Shown: positions 62,523 to 64,000 of the stretch, piece after piece
How the letters are laid out: each line of letters begins with the position of its first letter
Position numbering within the stretch: position 1 is the first letter of the stretch
From: an uncultured Bryobacteraceae bacterium
GTDB lineage: Bacteria > Acidobacteriota > Terriglobia > Bryobacterales > Bryobacteraceae
Assembly: GCA_937920635.1 (NCBI GenBank)
Contig: CAKZUE010000068.1
Span: 7,999 to 71,998, forward strand
DNA: 64,000 bases
Direction: 5' to 3'
Notes under the pieces: model-generated
What the model was told of the DNA's origin: nothing
Database searches by the model: none
What the model saw: the letters and a program-made list of their open reading frames with translations, nothing else
Translations under genes and position numbers: made by a program

Positions 62523-63610
62523 GATTCCAGCACCATCAATTCCTTGCTGACCGGCGTCAGGATCTCCGCGCCTGTCAAAGTCACCAGCACAGTGTCCTCG
62601 ATCCGGATGCCCGCTTTCCCAGCCAGGTAAATGCCCGGCTCCACGGTCACTACCATCCCCGCCTCCAGAGTCTCACCGGATTTGGCGCCCAGCCGTGGCC
62701 CCTCGTGGATCTCCAGTCCTACGCCGTGGCCCGTGGAGTGGGTGAAATAGCGGTCCAGACCGCGGGCCTTCAGCGCATTCCGCGCCGCCGCATCCACGCG
62801 CCGGGCCGGCACGCCCGCGCGCACCGCCTGCAACCCCGCCTGCTGGGCCTCCAGCACGGCATCATAGAGCCGGGCGAACTCCCTCGGCGGCGGACCGAAG
62901 TGCGCTACGCGCGTCATGTCGCTCATGTAACCGGCCAGATTGGCGCCCATGTCCACCAGCACCGGCTGGCCCTTCTCCAAAGTGGCAGCGCCGGGGCGGG
63001 CATGAGGCAGGGCGGCCCGCGCGCCCGCGGCGGCAATCGTCTCGAAAGCAGCCCCTTCCGCTCCCAGTTTCCGCATCCTGTATTCGATCTCGGCCGCCGC
63101 GTCGTTCTCCGTCATGCCCGGCCGGAACCGCCGCGCCGCCTGCCGGAACGCCGCCGCGCATAGCCTCGCCGAAGCCCGGATCGCATCGATCTCTTCTGGC
63201 GACTTCACCCGCCGCAGCCGCTCCACCACGCCCCCGAGTGGCTTCGGCGTTGCCCCGCGGCCCAGCCGCCGCGCCGCCTCGGCCCAGATGGCGTGGCTCA
63301 CATGCTCCGCTTCCAGCGCCAGCCTCCCGGGTTTTCGGGCGGCGTGCTTCCACACGCCGTCCCACGTGGATCCGCGCACGATCCGGATGCGGCAATTGCA
63401 CTCCTCGTGCGCCTGCAGCTCGTAGCGGGGGTCGGTGAAGAGAACCGTCTGCGCCGCCGAAACGAAAAGAATGCCATTGCTGCCAGTGAAGCCCGTCAGG
63501 TAGCGGACGTTGGGCGGATGAGAAACCACCGCCGCATCGCACCGCAGCTCCGCAAGGGCCTCAAGCAGCCTTTGGCGCCTGCCGGCTCGTGCATCGGTTG
63601 CGCGGGTCAA
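62519..63610 (-). CDS. pepP: Xaa-Pro aminopeptidase (M24B)
   Basis: Creatinase-like N-domain ([34 protein letters not shown]) and the M24 catalytic motifs [29 protein letters not shown] and [11 protein letters not shown] 63610 is proposed as the start; the Arg-rich upstream extension is rejected. Confidence 0.85.
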   Translation of the reverse strand: MTRATDARAGRRQRLLEALAELRCDAAVVSHPPNVRYLTGFTGSNGILFVSAAQTVLFTDPRYELQAHEECNCRIRIVRGSTWDGVWKHAARKPGRLALEAEHVSHAIWAEAARRLGRGATPKPLGGVVERLRRVKSPEEIDAIRASARLCAAAFRQAARRFRPGMTENDAAAEIEYRMRKLGAEGAAFETIAAAGARAALPHARPGAATLEKGQPVLVDMGANLAGYMSDMTRVAHFGPPPREFARLYDAVLEAQQAGLQAVRAGVPARRVDAAARNALKARGLDRYFTHSTGHGVGLEIHEGPRLGAKSGETLEAGMVVTVEPGIYLAGKAGIRIEDTVLVTLTGAEILTPVSKELMVLES

Positions 63611-63619
63611 ACTCTTTGA

Positions 63620-63628
63620 ATTGTAGCA
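63620..63628 (-). promoter_or_regulatory. candidate extended -10 (TGCTACAAT) upstream of pepP-accBC
   Basis: The minus strand reads TGC-TACAAT, then 9 nt, then TTG (63610). It lies in the 44-bp gap after the RraA-like gene. Confidence 0.4.
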
Positions 63629-63654
63629 TTCGGCCCTGCCAGCGCCTGCGCCCG

Positions 63655-64000
63655 TCAGCCGCTGTAGCTTCGCCGGACCATCGCCTCGAAGCCGTCCAGG
63701 GAGAATTCGGCGCCGCGCACGAAGTCCATGATCCGGCGTTCCGTGCGCCGGACCTCTTCCACCGCCTGCTCCAGCCTGCCTGGCTCCACCTCCGGCACCG
63801 TGATCAGGCCGTTTTCGTCGCCGTGCAGCAGCTCGCCGGGCCGCACGGGCAGCCCGCAAATGGTCACCGGCACGCCGCTGCGCACGATGCGGAAGTTGGC
63901 ATGCGAGGCGCACGCGCCCCGCGCGAAAAAGTGGAACCCCAGCGCCCGCACCTCCGGCAGGTCGCGCACGGCGCAATCGGAAACCAGCCCCACCGCTCCC
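63655..64000 (-). CDS. RraA-family protein (RNase E regulator / HMG-CHA aldolase fold), 5'-truncated by the window edge
   Basis: GLVSDCAVRDLPEVRALGFHFFARGACASHANF and GELLHGDENGLITVP match the RraA family. The frame stays open to position 64000. Confidence 0.75.
   Translation of the reverse strand, partial: GAVGLVSDCAVRDLPEVRALGFHFFARGACASHANFRIVRSGVPVTICGLPVRPGELLHGDENGLITVPEVEPGRLEQAVEEVRRTERRIMDFVRGAEFSLDGFEAMVRRSYSG

Noticed and set aside
1-64000. CRISPR arrays, IS elements or transposases, prophage genes, rRNA operons and large tandem or inverted repeats.
   Set aside because: I saw none while reading either strand, though I cannot exclude short dispersed repeats without a computational self-alignment.

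Overview
This is a 64-kb, high-GC (roughly two-thirds G+C, judged by eye) bacterial chromosome segment. I call about 50 protein genes and one tRNA-Val. I saw no rRNA, CRISPR array, transposase, integrase or prophage gene. The gene content resembles Acidobacteriota-type soil bacteria: several Tat-exported Gfo/Idh/MocA oxidoreductases, PD40 propellers, CarboxypepD_reg TonB receptors and LytS/LytTR regulators. That taxonomic call is inference only. Most of the window is housekeeping: pgk, nth, prfB, tsaC, nadB, aroB, ubiE, bamA, tamB, recA, rpsT, accBC and pepP. These are interleaved with periplasmic carbohydrate and phosphate-scavenging genes.

The signals most worth a second look are:
1. A TANNNT box ends 6-9 nt upstream of many first-in-operon start codons with no Shine-Dalgarno in between. 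This implies widespread leaderless or near-leaderless mRNAs, including two divergent gene pairs that share one AT-rich core.
2. A reduced-GC two-gene cassette (47771-49665) encodes a GlnD/DUF294-like nucleotidyltransferase translationally coupled to a small EndoIV/xylose-isomerase-like TIM-barrel protein. It matches no system I recognise.
3. An ArsR-linked, Tat-exported two-subunit TtrA/Psr-like molybdoenzyme has no membrane-anchor gene and sits behind a sigma-54-type -24/-12 element.
4. prfB carries the classical CTT TGA C +1 frameshift and heads a fully start/stop-coupled prfB-tsaC-LytS-LytTR operon.
5. bamA, a SurA-N-like chaperone gene, tamB and a small ORF form a coupled operon with no tamA.

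All homology calls come from motif recognition by eye. Nothing was computed and no database was searched.
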